Shown: one piece after another, positions 52,970 through 64,000 of the stretch
How the letters are laid out: every line of letters begins with the position of its first letter
Position numbering within the stretch: the stretch's first letter is position 1
Source of the DNA: Dictyostelium discoideum
Lineage: Eukaryota
Direction of reading: 5' to 3'
DNA length: 64,000 nt
Assembly: GCA_000004695.1 (NCBI GenBank)
Contig: CM000151.3
Span: forward strand, 7,328,001 to 7,392,000
The notes under the pieces: model-generated
What the model saw: the letters and a program-made list of their open reading frames with translations, nothing else
Told to the model about the DNA's origin: nothing
The model's database searches: none
Translations under genes and position numbers: made by a program

Positions 52970-53086
52970 TAAAATATTACCACTACTTATACCACTACTC
53001 ATACTTGATAAGTCAGAATTATTAGTTGCATTTGATGTAGAGGAAGAAGTTGATTGTCTATGTATTGGTGGTTGTTGCTGTTCATC

Positions 53087-53181
<95 letters not shown>

Positions 53182-53731
53182 GATGATGATGATGATGAGA
53201 ATGATTATGAGAATGATTATGTTTATCCTTATCAATTTGATGCTTCATTTTCTCTAATGATCTTGATTTTCTACGTAAACGTTTAGAGAGTTCTTCAGAT
53301 TCAGAGTTTGGTGATGATGATAAAGGAGAACAAGTTGCAGCTGATAATGGTGTTGCGCAATCATCACATTCATCTTCATTATCACTTAGAGTATGTGGTG
53401 AACTTGTATTACTAGTTACAACGCTACTAGAATTAGTAGTTGAATCATTGTCTTGAACAATACTTGTTATTATTGCACTTGATGATAATGGTGCCATATT
53501 CACTGATTTCTTTAATGTTGGTGTATCAACTTTTACCATTACTGTTTGATTATTACTATTATTAATATTAATATTACTACTATTATTATTAATATTATTA
53601 TTATTATTATTATTACTATTATTAATATTAATATTATTATTATTATTATTACTACTTATATTATTACTACTATTAATATTATTTGTAATATTATTGTTGT
53701 TATTATTGGCGTTATTATTATTTATTTCACA

Positions 53732-53776
<45 letters not shown>

Positions 53777-53787
53777 ATTAATATTAA

Positions 53788-53821
<34 letters not shown>

Positions 53822-54025
53822 TTGTTGTTGTTGTTGTTGTTGAGCTTGTATTTTTTGTTGGTTATGTTGTGCTATATAATGATCCATATTTGGAGAACTT
53901 GTTGATTTTTTTTTAAAAAATGAAGACATTGATTTTTTCTTTTTTTCTTTTATATTACTGTTTATTTTTACGTTATCACCATTTACGTTATTATCTACAA
54001 GAACAATTTCTGTTGATTTTTTCAT
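51194..54025 (-). CDS. N/Q/T-rich hypothetical protein with a PH-like domain and a conserved-looking Trp/Cys-rich C-terminal domain, 943 aa
   Basis: Uninterrupted minus-strand ORF. PH-like segment ..GQIYKKGYITIKKSRTLGTKFSSKWVVLSHGELLIYSSEREDQLLIRKPL..KSITFCFETSEDMIGWILAFDGV. C-terminal ..EEWIYCDGKLTSSCWDNGKSLHYQWDGCTL..RGRWNGVWLTWYGDD.. Long polyN, polyQ (encoded by CAA) and polyT tracts. Upstream exons cannot be excluded. Confidence 0.6.
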
Positions 54026-54564
54026 TTTTATTTATATATAGTGGGGTATTTATATTGATTATTTCTGTGTTTTCTTTCTTTCAAAAAATAAATAAAAATA
54101 AAGAAAAAAAAAAAAAAAGTAAAAAGTAAATATTTAAATTGGTATTGTTATTTTTGGTATTAGGTAATGATAAAATGTACGTTTTATACCAAAAATTTTG
54201 AGATTATAAATAAATTCATACAAATTATTATAATAATAAAAAAAATGAAAAATAATTGTGTAACAATTGGATTTAAAATATTTTTTTTGTATTTTAAATT
54301 TTATATTTTTTGTTTGTTTGTTGGTTTGTTGGTTTGTTGGTTTGCTTTTTGATGTTTGTATTGTTATTGTTATTATTGTTATTGTTGTGTTTTTTAAAAT
54401 ATTATCTGTATATTATAGTTTGTGTTTTTTATTTTATTTGGTTTTATTAAAAAAAAATAATAATAATAATAAAAATAAAAATAAAAATAATAATAATAAT
54501 AAAATAGAATGTTAGTATTGTTTATTTTGATTTTATTTGGTTTGTCACATAATATTAATAATAC

Positions 54565-54642
<78 letters not shown>

Positions 54643-54829
54643 GAAAAAATAATAACAAAAAATAATATAAAAATAGATAAAAATGGAGTAAAGATTTCGC
54701 TATTTTTTGATTATTTTTGAAAAAGAAAAAAAAAAAAAAAAAAAAGAAAATAGAAAAGGCATATTAAGTGTTGTTGTGGTTAATAAAAAAAAAAATAATA
54801 ATAATAATTAAATAATTTTGAGTAACTCA

Positions 54830-54920
54830 TATATGTGTGGTGTATATATGTGTGTGTGTCTGTGGGTGTCTTGTGTGTTATTGTGTGATACTGTGTGTTG
54901 TTGTGTGTTGTGCGAGTACA
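54830..54920. promoter_or_regulatory. GT-rich (G-box-like) island in the 4-kb intergenic region between the PH-domain gene (-) and the RING gene (+); candidate GBF-type developmental enhancer
   Basis: tgtgtggtgtatatatgtgtgtgtgtctgtgggtgtcttgtgtgttattgtgtgatactgtgtgttgttgtgtgttgtgcgag sits in an otherwise >85% A/T background. The matching CA-rich strand motif cacccacacccacacccacaca lies at 56182-56203. Confidence 0.3.
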
Positions 54921-55099
54921 ATTCAATATAACTTTTAGTCAAAAGATTTTAATATAAATTTTGGATTTTGCTAAATTATAGTAGATTTTAGGTTTTTTTT
55001 TTTTGTTTTGTTTTTTTTTTTTTTTTTTTTTTTTTTTGGTGATGTAAGATTATTGGATTTAAATTTTAATTCTATATTAAATATTTTCTCCTATTACTA

Positions 55100-55111
55100 T
55101 TAGAGTTTTTA

Positions 55112-55142
<31 letters not shown>

Positions 55143-55210
55143 TTATTTTTATTTTATTTATTTTATTTTATTTTATTTTATTTTATTTTATTTTATTTTA
55201 TTTTATTTTT
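55100..55210. repeat. (ATTTT)n microsatellite
   Basis: Repeated tttatttttatttttatttt.. then ttttattttattttatttt units. Confidence 0.85.
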
Positions 55211-55862
55211 TTTTTTTTTTTTTTTTTTTGTATATACAAATAATTATTCTATTTTTTTTTTTTATTTATTTAAATTTTATTATTTAAATAAAATCCAATT
55301 ATCAAAAAAACTTAAAAACTATTACCCTAAAAATTTAAATATTAATAATAATAAAAATTAAATATCGATTGCTTTTTTTTTTTTTATTTTATTTTTTATT
55401 TTTTATTTTATTTTATTTTAAAAATTAAAGTTTATTTTCCAACTAAAATGAAATTTAAATGATTGTGATTAATTAATTTCTATTGATTCAAATAAACCAA
55501 AAATAATAATTATAATAGAAATAATAATAAATAAAAATAAATATAATTTTTAATAATTAAAAACAATAATAAATAATAAATAATAAATAATAAATAATAA
55601 ATAATAATAAAAATAAAAAAATATCAACCCTAAAAAGAAAAAAAACAATTTTGGTTTGTTTTGTTTTCTATTTATAAATTTTAATTTAATTAAAATTTTT
55701 AATTAATTGTAAACAAAACACACTACCCCACCAATATATTAAAATAAATTATTTATTTGTTTTTTTGGACTATTTGTTTTTTTTTAAATTAATTTTTTTT
55801 TTTTTTTTTTTTTTATATATATGTTATTTTCTAATTTCTGTGATATCAACAATGGCTTAATA

Positions 55863-55902
<40 letters not shown>

Positions 55903-56757
55903 ATTTTTTTTATTTTTATTATTTGTATTTATTTTTTTAAAATTATTATTTTCTCTTCAAAATAATAATAATGATAATAATGATAATAATGATAATAATA
56001 ATAATAATAATAATAATAATGTAATAATAATAAAAATAATAATTTTAAAAAAATAATAAAAATAAAAATAAAAAAAAAAAAAAATATAAAAAAAAAAAAA
56101 AAAATAATATAATGAAAAAAAATAAAAAAAATGTGAATGAGTGTGGGTTGTATTTGAATTACCAATGTGAATTACACCCACACCCACACCCACACAATAA
56201 TCACCGTGTATTTATCTATCAAAAAAAATAAAAAATAAAAAATAAAAAAAATAAATGAATGAATAAAAAAATAAAAAGACCCCATGATTTTTGTCTACTA
56301 TGGTATCATATGTTGAATTGATATTGGTAAAATAAATCATAATATTTGTATACAAATCCAACCACACGCACACAATTTCTATTTTTATATTCAACACAAA
56401 ATCAACATCATAGGAAATAAAAAAAATATAAAAAAGTGGGAGAGAGACAAAGAAAAAAGAAAAAAATAAAAAAACCACACCGTTGTTTTATTTTATTTTA
56501 TTTTTTTTTTTTTTTTTTTTATTTTTTTTTTTTTTTATACTGTTATGTTTATATGATGATACTTACCACTAACGACTAAAAAAAAAAAAAATTGAATAAA
56601 ATATACAATTAACTACCTTCTGTGGGATTTGTTTGAATAAGGAAACTTTTTTTTTTCATTAATGATGACAATAATGATGATAATTTACTTGTTTTGTCTC
56701 TTTGTAGTGAAAATTTCAAGTATAGAAATTGAAAATAATAAAATTTTTTTATGTAGA

Positions 56758-56797
<40 letters not shown>

Positions 56798-57513
56798 ATT
56801 ATATTAATTATTGTGATTAATTATTGTGATTTATTATTTATTTTAAAATATTAATTTGAAAAAAAAAAAAAAAAAAAAAATTGATTTATTTTATTATTAA
56901 TTATTAAAATATTAGAATAAAGAAGGGATTGATTGCAATGAGGATTTTTTATTGTTATTTTTTTCACATTATTTATTTAAAAAAAAATGATAAATTGTTT
57001 TTTTTTTTTTTTTTTTTTATTTATTTTTTTTTTTTTAAATAAAAATGCAAATATTATAGGTTTTATTAAAATGAGTTATTATGAAAAAAGTTGGGGATTG
57101 AAAAAAAAAAAAAAAAATTTAAAAATAAAAAATGTTGTAAAAAAAAAAAAAATGTCCTGCAAGATGGTTGATCAAAATTGAAACAACATTAACCTTTGCT
57201 TTAAGTTTCACATTAAAAAAAGAGGAAAAAAAATCAGTTTGTACCGTCGTTGGTCTATCTCGATTAATCAATATTTTTTTCATTTTTTTTTTTTTTTTTT
57301 TTTATTTTTTTTTCAAACATTTAAAAATTTTTTTTATAGTTATTTATTTTTAGTGAAAAAGATATAAAAAAAAAAAAAAAAAAATAACATACTAAGATTG
57401 TTTGTAGTTATTTTTTTTTTGTTTTTTTGTTTTTTTTTTCTTTTTTTTTTTTTTTTTTCATTATTTTGTAGGGACCAAATAAATGGTATATTTTTTTGAT
57501 CGGGTTGGTTAAT

Positions 57514-57682
<169 letters not shown>

Positions 57683-57869
57683 GGTTTTTCTTTTTTGGGT
57701 GAGTCGCTTTTCGTTGAATGATAAATTAATATCAGACTGTTTGGGTTATTGTTTTTTTTATTTTTTATTTTTTTTTTTTCAAAATTTTTTTTTATTTTAA
57801 TTTTTTTCACCAAAAACAAAAAAAAAAAAAAAAAAAAGAAAAAAAAAATAAAATTAATTAATTTGATTA

Positions 57870-57916
<47 letters not shown>

Positions 57917-57951
57917 AAAAAACTAATTAATCATATAATTATCTTGAAACA

Positions 57952-57986
<35 letters not shown>

Positions 57987-57990
<4 letters not shown>

Positions 57991-58505
57991 TTTTAAAAAT
58001 CTTATCTTCACAACCATCATCATCATCAAATTATAATGAAAAAGATATTATTATATCAGAACCAAAAAATTTCAAAAGAAAAACATTTTCAGAATCAATA
58101 GATTTAAAAGAATATATTAATAAAGAATGGTTCACATTATTTAGAGAGAGTGGAGTAAAAAGATCACAATTAAAGAATCCACTTGAATTATTATACATTT
58201 TTACAACGATTTATAATTATTTAGGACTTAAAGATGGTGATATAACAATATTTAAAAAAAACCCACCAACATCATTTAATAGGAATAGAAATGAAGAAGA
58301 AGAGGAGGATGAGGATAAAGAAGTTTGTTCAATTTGTTTAGAAAATATAAAAGAAAAGGAAAGTGTATGGTGTTGTAAAAAATGTTCAAATAATTTACAT
58401 ACTGAATGTGTTTCAACATGGGCAAGTTATACCAATAAATTATATCAATGGACTTGTCCAAATTGTCGTAATGGAAATGATCATTTACCAATTCCTAAAA
58501 AATGA
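57987..58505 (+). CDS. small RING-variant (RING-H2-like) zinc-finger protein, 172 aa
   Basis: Single ORF from ATG at 57987 to TGA at 58503-58505. Cys/His spacing CSICLEN..(11)..WCCKKCSNNLHTECVSTW..(13)..WTCPNCR, preceded by an acidic stretch. Confidence 0.55.
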
Positions 58506-58857
58506 TAAATCACCAAAATACCAAAAAAAATTATTTATTTATTAAAAAAAAAAAAAAAAACAATATAAAAATATTTATTTAATAAAAAAAAAACATGTAC
58601 TTTTAGAACAATCAATTCTTTTTATATATTTTTTTTTATTTTTATTTTTATATTAAATGGATAAAATATCTTTTTTTTATTTTTTTTTTTTATATTCGCC
58701 CAAATTTTTCATTTAATTTATTTTTTTTTTTCAAAATTTTATTTCCTTTTTTTTTTTTATTTCATTCCATTTATACACATAAGCCAATATAAAAAAAATA
58801 AAAAAAATAAAAAAAAAAAAAAAAAAAAATATAAAATAAAAAATAAAATTTAAAAAT

Positions 58858-61054
58858 ATGAATTTAGGAGGAAGTAATAGAACAACAAGTAAAAAAGAGA
58901 TTACAGATATTAGTATTAGACAAAATGTATATTTATCAGAAGAACAAAAAAAAGAGAAATTAGAAACATGTTCAAAATTAATACAATATACTAGATTAGG
59001 ATTAATTGATGGTATAATTAAAGCATTACAAGATGGAGCAGCAATAGATTATAAAACCAATGGATTATCAGCTATTGGATATGCATGTTTCTATGGAAAA
59101 AGTGAAATTGTTCGTTGGTTAATTGATAATGGTAAATGTGATATTGAAATTAATTCAACGGCCACTGAGATCACACCATTAGGTATATCAATTCAAAAGG
59201 GTGATTTAAGATCAGTTGAAATTCTACTACAACGTGGTGCAAATACATTGGCAAAGGATAAAGATGGATTACCAATACTTTATCATGCTTTAGCAAGTAA
59301 GAATTTAGAAATCGTTAAAAAACTCATTGAAACCGATACTATAGATATGGAGGAGAAGTTCCCTGAATATGTCGAAGATCAATCAAATCAAAATTCAACA
59401 ACAAATAATCCAAGTCACAATACAAATACATTCATACATTTAGCTGCAATTTCATCACCTCAAATCGTTGAATATTTAACTTCAACTTGTGGTCTATCTT
59501 TAGAATCTATAAATTCACTTGGTAGAACTATATTACATAGAGCAATTATGTTTAAAAATTTTGAACTTGTTAAATATTTATCAACAAAAGAAACTTTAAT
59601 TAATATTCAAGATAATAGTAAGATATTTTGACTATGATAATCATGGTGATCATGATGATTAATTATATATATATATATATATATCATTTATTTTATTTAT
59701 TAATTAATTTATAATGATTTTAATTTTTAATTTTTAATATTATTATTATTATTGAAAAAAAGAGGGATATACAGCACTTCATTATGCAGCATTTTATAAT
59801 TTATTAGAGTGTGTAAAATTTTTAAAAAATAATGGTGCATCATTAGAATTAAGAGAGAATACAGGTAAAACACCATTAAATATGGCAAGATTAAGAAATT
59901 TAACACATGTTATATTAGTATTAGAGGGTTTTGATCATGATAATAAAGAATTTATTGAAGGAACAGAAATATCATTAAAACCAAAAAAAAAACTTAAAAA
60001 AGAAATTATTGATAGTGATAGTAGTAGTAGTAGTAGTGATGATGATAATAATAATAATAAAAAGGAAAAAAAAAAGAAAATTAAAAATGAAACAAAAATA
60101 AAAAGAGCTAGAAAAAAGAAAACTGATGAAGAGAAACAAGCAGATAAAGAAAAAAAAGAAAAAATTAAAAAAGATAAACAAGTAAAAACCAATACTAGTA
60201 AAAAAAAGGTTTCTCAAACTAAAAAAGACCCATTACTTGATGAAAATGGTAATACCATTGATAATACATCTGATATTGATGAATCACAATTAGAACAGGA
60301 ATTTAAAATTGATACCAAAATAAAGAAATCTAAAAAATCATCATCATCATCATCATCAAAATCTAAATCTAAATCATCAAAAAAATTAAAAGAAGATTCA
60401 GAGATTGTTAAAGAAAATGAAGATACTAAAGAAAATGGAGATGATGATAATAATGAAAATGAAATTCAATTACCATTGCCAATCGGTCAAGTTCCAAAAA
60501 GAGGTAGACCACCTAAAAGTAAACCAATTAAATCTTTACCAAAAAAAACAAAAAAGAAACAAACTAGATCAAAAGATGAACAATCATCAGATGAAGAATT
60601 TGAAGATTTATCACAAGAAGAATCAGAGAATCAAACAACATCATCATCATCGTCAACAGGAACAGGAACTACTTTACCACAGCTAATAACACCAATAAGA
60701 TCACAAAGGAATAGAGTTTCATTATTTGATTTAAGTGGTACTTCTATGATTAACAGTGATTCAGAACAATCTGAACCAAATGATGACTCTGATAATGAAA
60801 AAGTAATTAAAAAAAGAGTTAGATCTGAATCAAAACAAAATACTAGTGATATTGATAGTGGTAGCAGTAGTGATAGTTATTCAGAAATTGAAACTAGTGA
60901 TTCAGAAACTAAAGATAATTATGATAGTGATGATGAATATTCTAGATTAGGTTTAAAAAGAGTTAAGAAATCTAATTCTAATAAAGTAACAAAAAAGAAT
61001 TCAGAGAATAATGATGAAGAAGCAGCCTTAAATCAATTTAGAATTACAAAACCA

Positions 61055-61086
<32 letters not shown>

Positions 61087-61732
61087 CAATAATAATAATG
61101 ATAATAATAAAACCACTACCACTACCACCACCACAACTACAACTACAACAACACCTTCAACAAAACCTTTATCAAAAAGGGGAAGACCTAAAAAAGTCAT
61201 TCAAAACCTTAATGATGATGATGATGATGATGATGATAATGATGATAATGAGGATCCAATTACATCAACCAAAACAGGCACCAATAGTGATGATAATACT
61301 GGCTTTAGTGTATCTTCAAAAGGAAGAACAATAAGACCTCCTCCAACTTTATCAACACCACAAAAACCAACAAGACCACATACAAAAAATACTCCTAAAG
61401 TTACTGAGAATGTGAAAATGAGTGAAAATGAAGTAAAGGAAAATGAAAATAAAGAAAAAGAAAATAATAAAGAACCTGGAAAAGAAATAGAAAATGAAAA
61501 AGAAAAAGAAAAAGAAAATGGAAATGAAAATGTAAATGAAAAAGAAAATGAAAATGGAGCCAAGGATAAAGAGATTGAAAAAGAAACTGAAAAAGAAAAT
61601 GAAAAAGAAAATGAAGTAAAGGATAAGGAAATTGAAAAAGAAATTGAAAATTTTGACGAAAATTTTAGTGATATAATTTTTGTTGAAAACCCTTCAATCT
61701 TATCAATATCCGAAAATAATAATAATAATAGT

Positions 61733-61738
<6 letters not shown>
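58858..61738 (+). CDS. ankyrin-repeat protein with long K/E/S/D-rich charged C-terminal half carrying AT-hook-like motifs
   Basis: Exons 58858..59617 and 59763..61738. Exon 1 ends ..IQDN + a|gtaaga (phase 1); the intron ends ..gaaaaaaag; exon 2 starts AG GGA TAT ACA GCA CTT CAT TAT GCA GCA. (K|GYTALHYAAFYNLLECVKFLKNNGASL) ANK repeats: GLSAIGYACFYGKSEIVRWLIDNG, TPLGISIQKGDLRSVEILLQRGAN, LPILYHALASKNLEIVKKLIE, RTILHRAIMFKNFELVKYL. AT-hook-like motifs PKRGRPPKSKP and KRGRPKKV. KEKEN-type tandem repeats at the C-terminus. Confidence 0.65.
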
Positions 61739-61776
<38 letters not shown>

Positions 61777-61874
61777 AAAATTTAAAAATAAAATTGTATA
61801 GTTCATATGTGAAGATTTCCAAATAAATAATACAAATACATTTTAAAATGATTATTTGAATGTTTATTTACAAA

Positions 61875-62459
61875 TTATAATTTTCTTTTTTTATACATAT
61901 TATCTTCTTCTCTTAATAGTCTATCTCTATAATCATTACCCCCACGATCATATTCAGGTTCATCTTCATGATCATCATAATCATCAGAATCTTCGTCATC
62001 TTCATCTTCATCCTCTTCATCATCTTCATCTTCATCATCATCATCTTCTTGATAAAGATCAAAATCATCTGAATTGTTTATGTAAAGATCTGGATTTTTC
62101 TTTTTCATTCTTACAATGATATCAATTAATTGGGATTTTGTTTTACTAAATAATAAAGTTTCTTTAAATAATTGTTCAGATGTAAAAGTCAACTTTGGAT
62201 TACTTTGCCAATGTTGTACCATCATAATTGCAACTGATCTACAATGTTTACAACCACCACCCATTGGACATGTACATGATGGTATAGCTTTGCCATTTTC
62301 AAGTTTTATTGTTATTTTATAATATCCACCAGTACTAGCTCCTAAAACTCTTGCAACACATAATGTTGGTCCCACATATTTCAATGTTGCTCCTAAATGA
62401 CTTCTATCAGGTCCCATATTTTTAGCTTCATTTAATGTTAAATCTTTTAATGTTTTCAT
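61875..62459 (-). CDS. SWIM-type zinc-finger protein, ZSWIM7/Sws1-like (homologous-recombination mediator family) with acidic C-terminal tail
   Basis: Single minus-strand ORF from ATG at 62459 to stop at 61877-61875. Motif ..RVLGASTGGYYKITIKLENGKAIPSCTCPMGGGCKHCRSVAIMM.. parallels the human ZSWIM7 motif Y.VLGSS..Y..CSCPAF..CKHLLAV (CxC..CxH SWIM signature). Followed by a D/E-rich tail. Confidence 0.55.
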   Translation of the reverse strand: MKTLKDLTLNEAKNMGPDRSHLGATLKYVGPTLCVARVLGASTGGYYKITIKLENGKAIPSCTCPMGGGCKHCRSVAIMMVQHWQSNPKLTFTSEQLFKETLLFSKTKSQLIDIIVRMKKKNPDLYINNSDDFDLYQEDDDDEDEDDEEDEDEDDEDSDDYDDHEDEPEYDRGGNDYRDRLLREEDNMYKKRKL

Positions 62460-62633
62460 TTTTATTTCTTTTATTTTTTTTTTCTATTCACACCCCTAAA
62501 ACACCTAAAAAAAAAATAAAAAATATAAAAAAAATAAAAAATTTTCATATGCATGTCTATAAAAATAAAAAAATTTTCCAGATTTATTTTACACCTCAAA
62601 AAAAAAAATTACTAAAAATAAATATGAAAATAA

Positions 62634-62674
<41 letters not shown>

Positions 62675-62721
62675 ATATTTTTTTTTTTTTATTTTTTTTA
62701 TTTTTTTTATTATTATTATTA

Positions 62722-64000
62722 TTAATTATCAACTTTAATTGTATGTTTTGATAAAACTTTTTCAACTTTTGGAGATTTACCAGAATTATTTGAAATATTT
62801 TTAACTCTTCTTTGTTTTGCTTTATGAATTTCATTTTTAATAAATCTTCTTTTATAAACGAGTTGTGGTACTCTTCTGTGGGTTGCAATAGTTTTAAGTT
62901 CAGGTATTTCTTTGAATTTCTCTTTGATTTTATCTTGATATTCTAATTTCTCTTTTTCACGATTTGAAAGGATACCTAATGGAGCAGAACTATTTGCTTT
63001 CCAAACTCTAATATTCATATCATCACTACCAGAGAGAATGAATCTACTATCGGCAGTGAATAAAACTGAGAAAATTCTTTGCATTCTATTTGTATAATAA
63101 ACTTCACGTGATTTATAACTATCGACAGGAAAGATACGAATGGTTTTATCGTATGAACCTGAAACAATCTCTCTACCGGTTGGAGAGTAATCGATATCCA
63201 ATACTGAACCTACATGATCTCTATGTACTGTCATTGCTTTTGAAAGATTTCTAATATCATATTGGTAAACATTTTCATCTTCATTTGCAATTGCCAATGT
63301 AAATGATTCAGTTGGACACCAAGCGATTGAATTTGATCTCATTGAGGTTGTTAATTTTTGAGCAGGTGAATTCTCACGAATATCGTAGAGGATAATATCA
63401 CGATCAGTGGTACAACTTGCTAAAAGATGAGTTTCAATTGGATTGAATTTAACTTTGGTAATGGTTGAATGACCCCATTGAAGTGTTTGAATGGGTGTAG
63501 AACGTTGATGTTTCCAAATTTCAACTGATGTTGGTCCACTAGTTGCAAAGGTTGTACTATTTAATTGATGATCAATCGATGTGAATGCATTCTTTCCATT
63601 ATAGATTGAAATTACCTCTTGATTGAATGTATATTCTGGTAAATCTAATTTCCACATTTTAATGGTTTTATCTTCACCACAACTTACCATATGTTTACCA
63701 TCTGGTGTAAATACTAATCCACGAACGAATCCATTATGTGCTTGAACTGTTGTACGCTCTGTTAATGATGTAAGATTCCATAATTTAATTACACCATCAC
63801 AACTACCACTTGCTACATTATTCAAAAGTGTTGGATGTCTTGTCATTGTGAAAATACCATCTGTATGTCCTGATAATGATCCAATAAATGGTTTTGCAAA
63901 TACTCTATCCAATTTAGTTGCATTCAATGCTCTAACATATTCTCTAGGTCTTTCAAATGGATGTAAATTTGGATCTAAATTTCTATGTAATTTTCTAACA
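62722..64000 (-). CDS. Sof1/DCAF13 (U3 snoRNP WD-repeat protein with C-terminal Sof1 domain); N-terminus lies beyond the window end
   Basis: Minus-strand frame is open from the window edge (..VRKLHRNLDPNLHPFERPREYVRALNATKLDRVFAKPF..) to the stop at 62724-62722. Near-collinear with human DCAF13: ..ASGSCDGVIKLWNL.., ..VQAHNGFVRGL.., ..KFNPIETHLLASC.., ..VLDIDYSPTGREIVSGSYDKTIRIFPVD..SREVYYTNRMQRI.., ..DDMNIRVWKANSS.. The listed start at 63927 is a TTG artefact. Confidence 0.85.
   Translation of the reverse strand, partial: VRKLHRNLDPNLHPFERPREYVRALNATKLDRVFAKPFIGSLSGHTDGIFTMTRHPTLLNNVASGSCDGVIKLWNLTSLTERTTVQAHNGFVRGLVFTPDGKHMVSCGEDKTIKMWKLDLPEYTFNQEVISIYNGKNAFTSIDHQLNSTTFATSGPTSVEIWKHQRSTPIQTLQWGHSTITKVKFNPIETHLLASCTTDRDIILYDIRENSPAQKLTTSMRSNSIAWCPTESFTLAIANEDENVYQYDIRNLSKAMTVHRDHVGSVLDIDYSPTGREIVSGSYDKTIRIFPVDSYKSREVYYTNRMQRIFSVLFTADSRFILSGSDDMNIRVWKANSSAPLGILSNREKEKLEYQDKIKEKFKEIPELKTIATHRRVPQLVYKRRFIKNEIHKAKQRRVKNISNNSGKSPKVEKVLSKHTIKVDN

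Noticed and set aside
63927-63929. Listed start (M) of the Sof1/DCAF13 ORF at 63927, and the M at 6033 of the START/F-box ORF
   Set aside because: Both are TTG codons reported as alternative starts by the ORF finder. The reading frames stay open upstream: to the window edge for Sof1, and to an AG acceptor at 5936 for the START gene.

Overview
The window is very AT-rich eukaryotic nuclear DNA with the hallmarks of a social amoeba (Dictyostelium-type) chromosome. Intergenic regions carry long A/T homopolymers, introns are short and AT-rich with GTAAGT/GTATGT donors and AG acceptors, and in-frame CAA/AAT trinucleotide repeats encode polyQ/polyN inside ORFs. No prokaryotic operon, CRISPR array, rRNA or tRNA gene was found. 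Manual splicing of the six-frame ORF track gives 22 protein-coding genes (two cut by the window edges) with exon counts of 1-4; exon coordinates are given in each feature's evidence. The confidently assigned genes are listed here. They comprise a DP (E2F partner) transcription factor, ubiquitin-activating enzyme E1, casein kinase II alpha, PRP19, Sof1/DCAF13, TAMM41, an EDEM-like GH47 mannosidase, an SLC45/sucrose-transporter-like permease, an MGAT4-like glycosyltransferase and a short TOG-domain protein. Further confident assignments are a START+F-box+WD40 protein, an N-terminal WD40 + LysM + GRAM-like + TLDc (OXR1/NCOA7-like) fusion gene, an intronless bacterial-type GH15 glycoside hydrolase with GC content above the local background, two tandem paralogous secreted Cys-rich proteins, a SWIM (ZSWIM7/Sws1-like) protein and an ankyrin/AT-hook protein. 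Several genes are hypothetical. Many listed ORFs are antisense or low-complexity artefacts of trinucleotide repeats and were rejected. Every domain call is by-eye motif recognition, and every splice site is inferred from GT..AG signals plus frame continuity and homology, not from transcript data.
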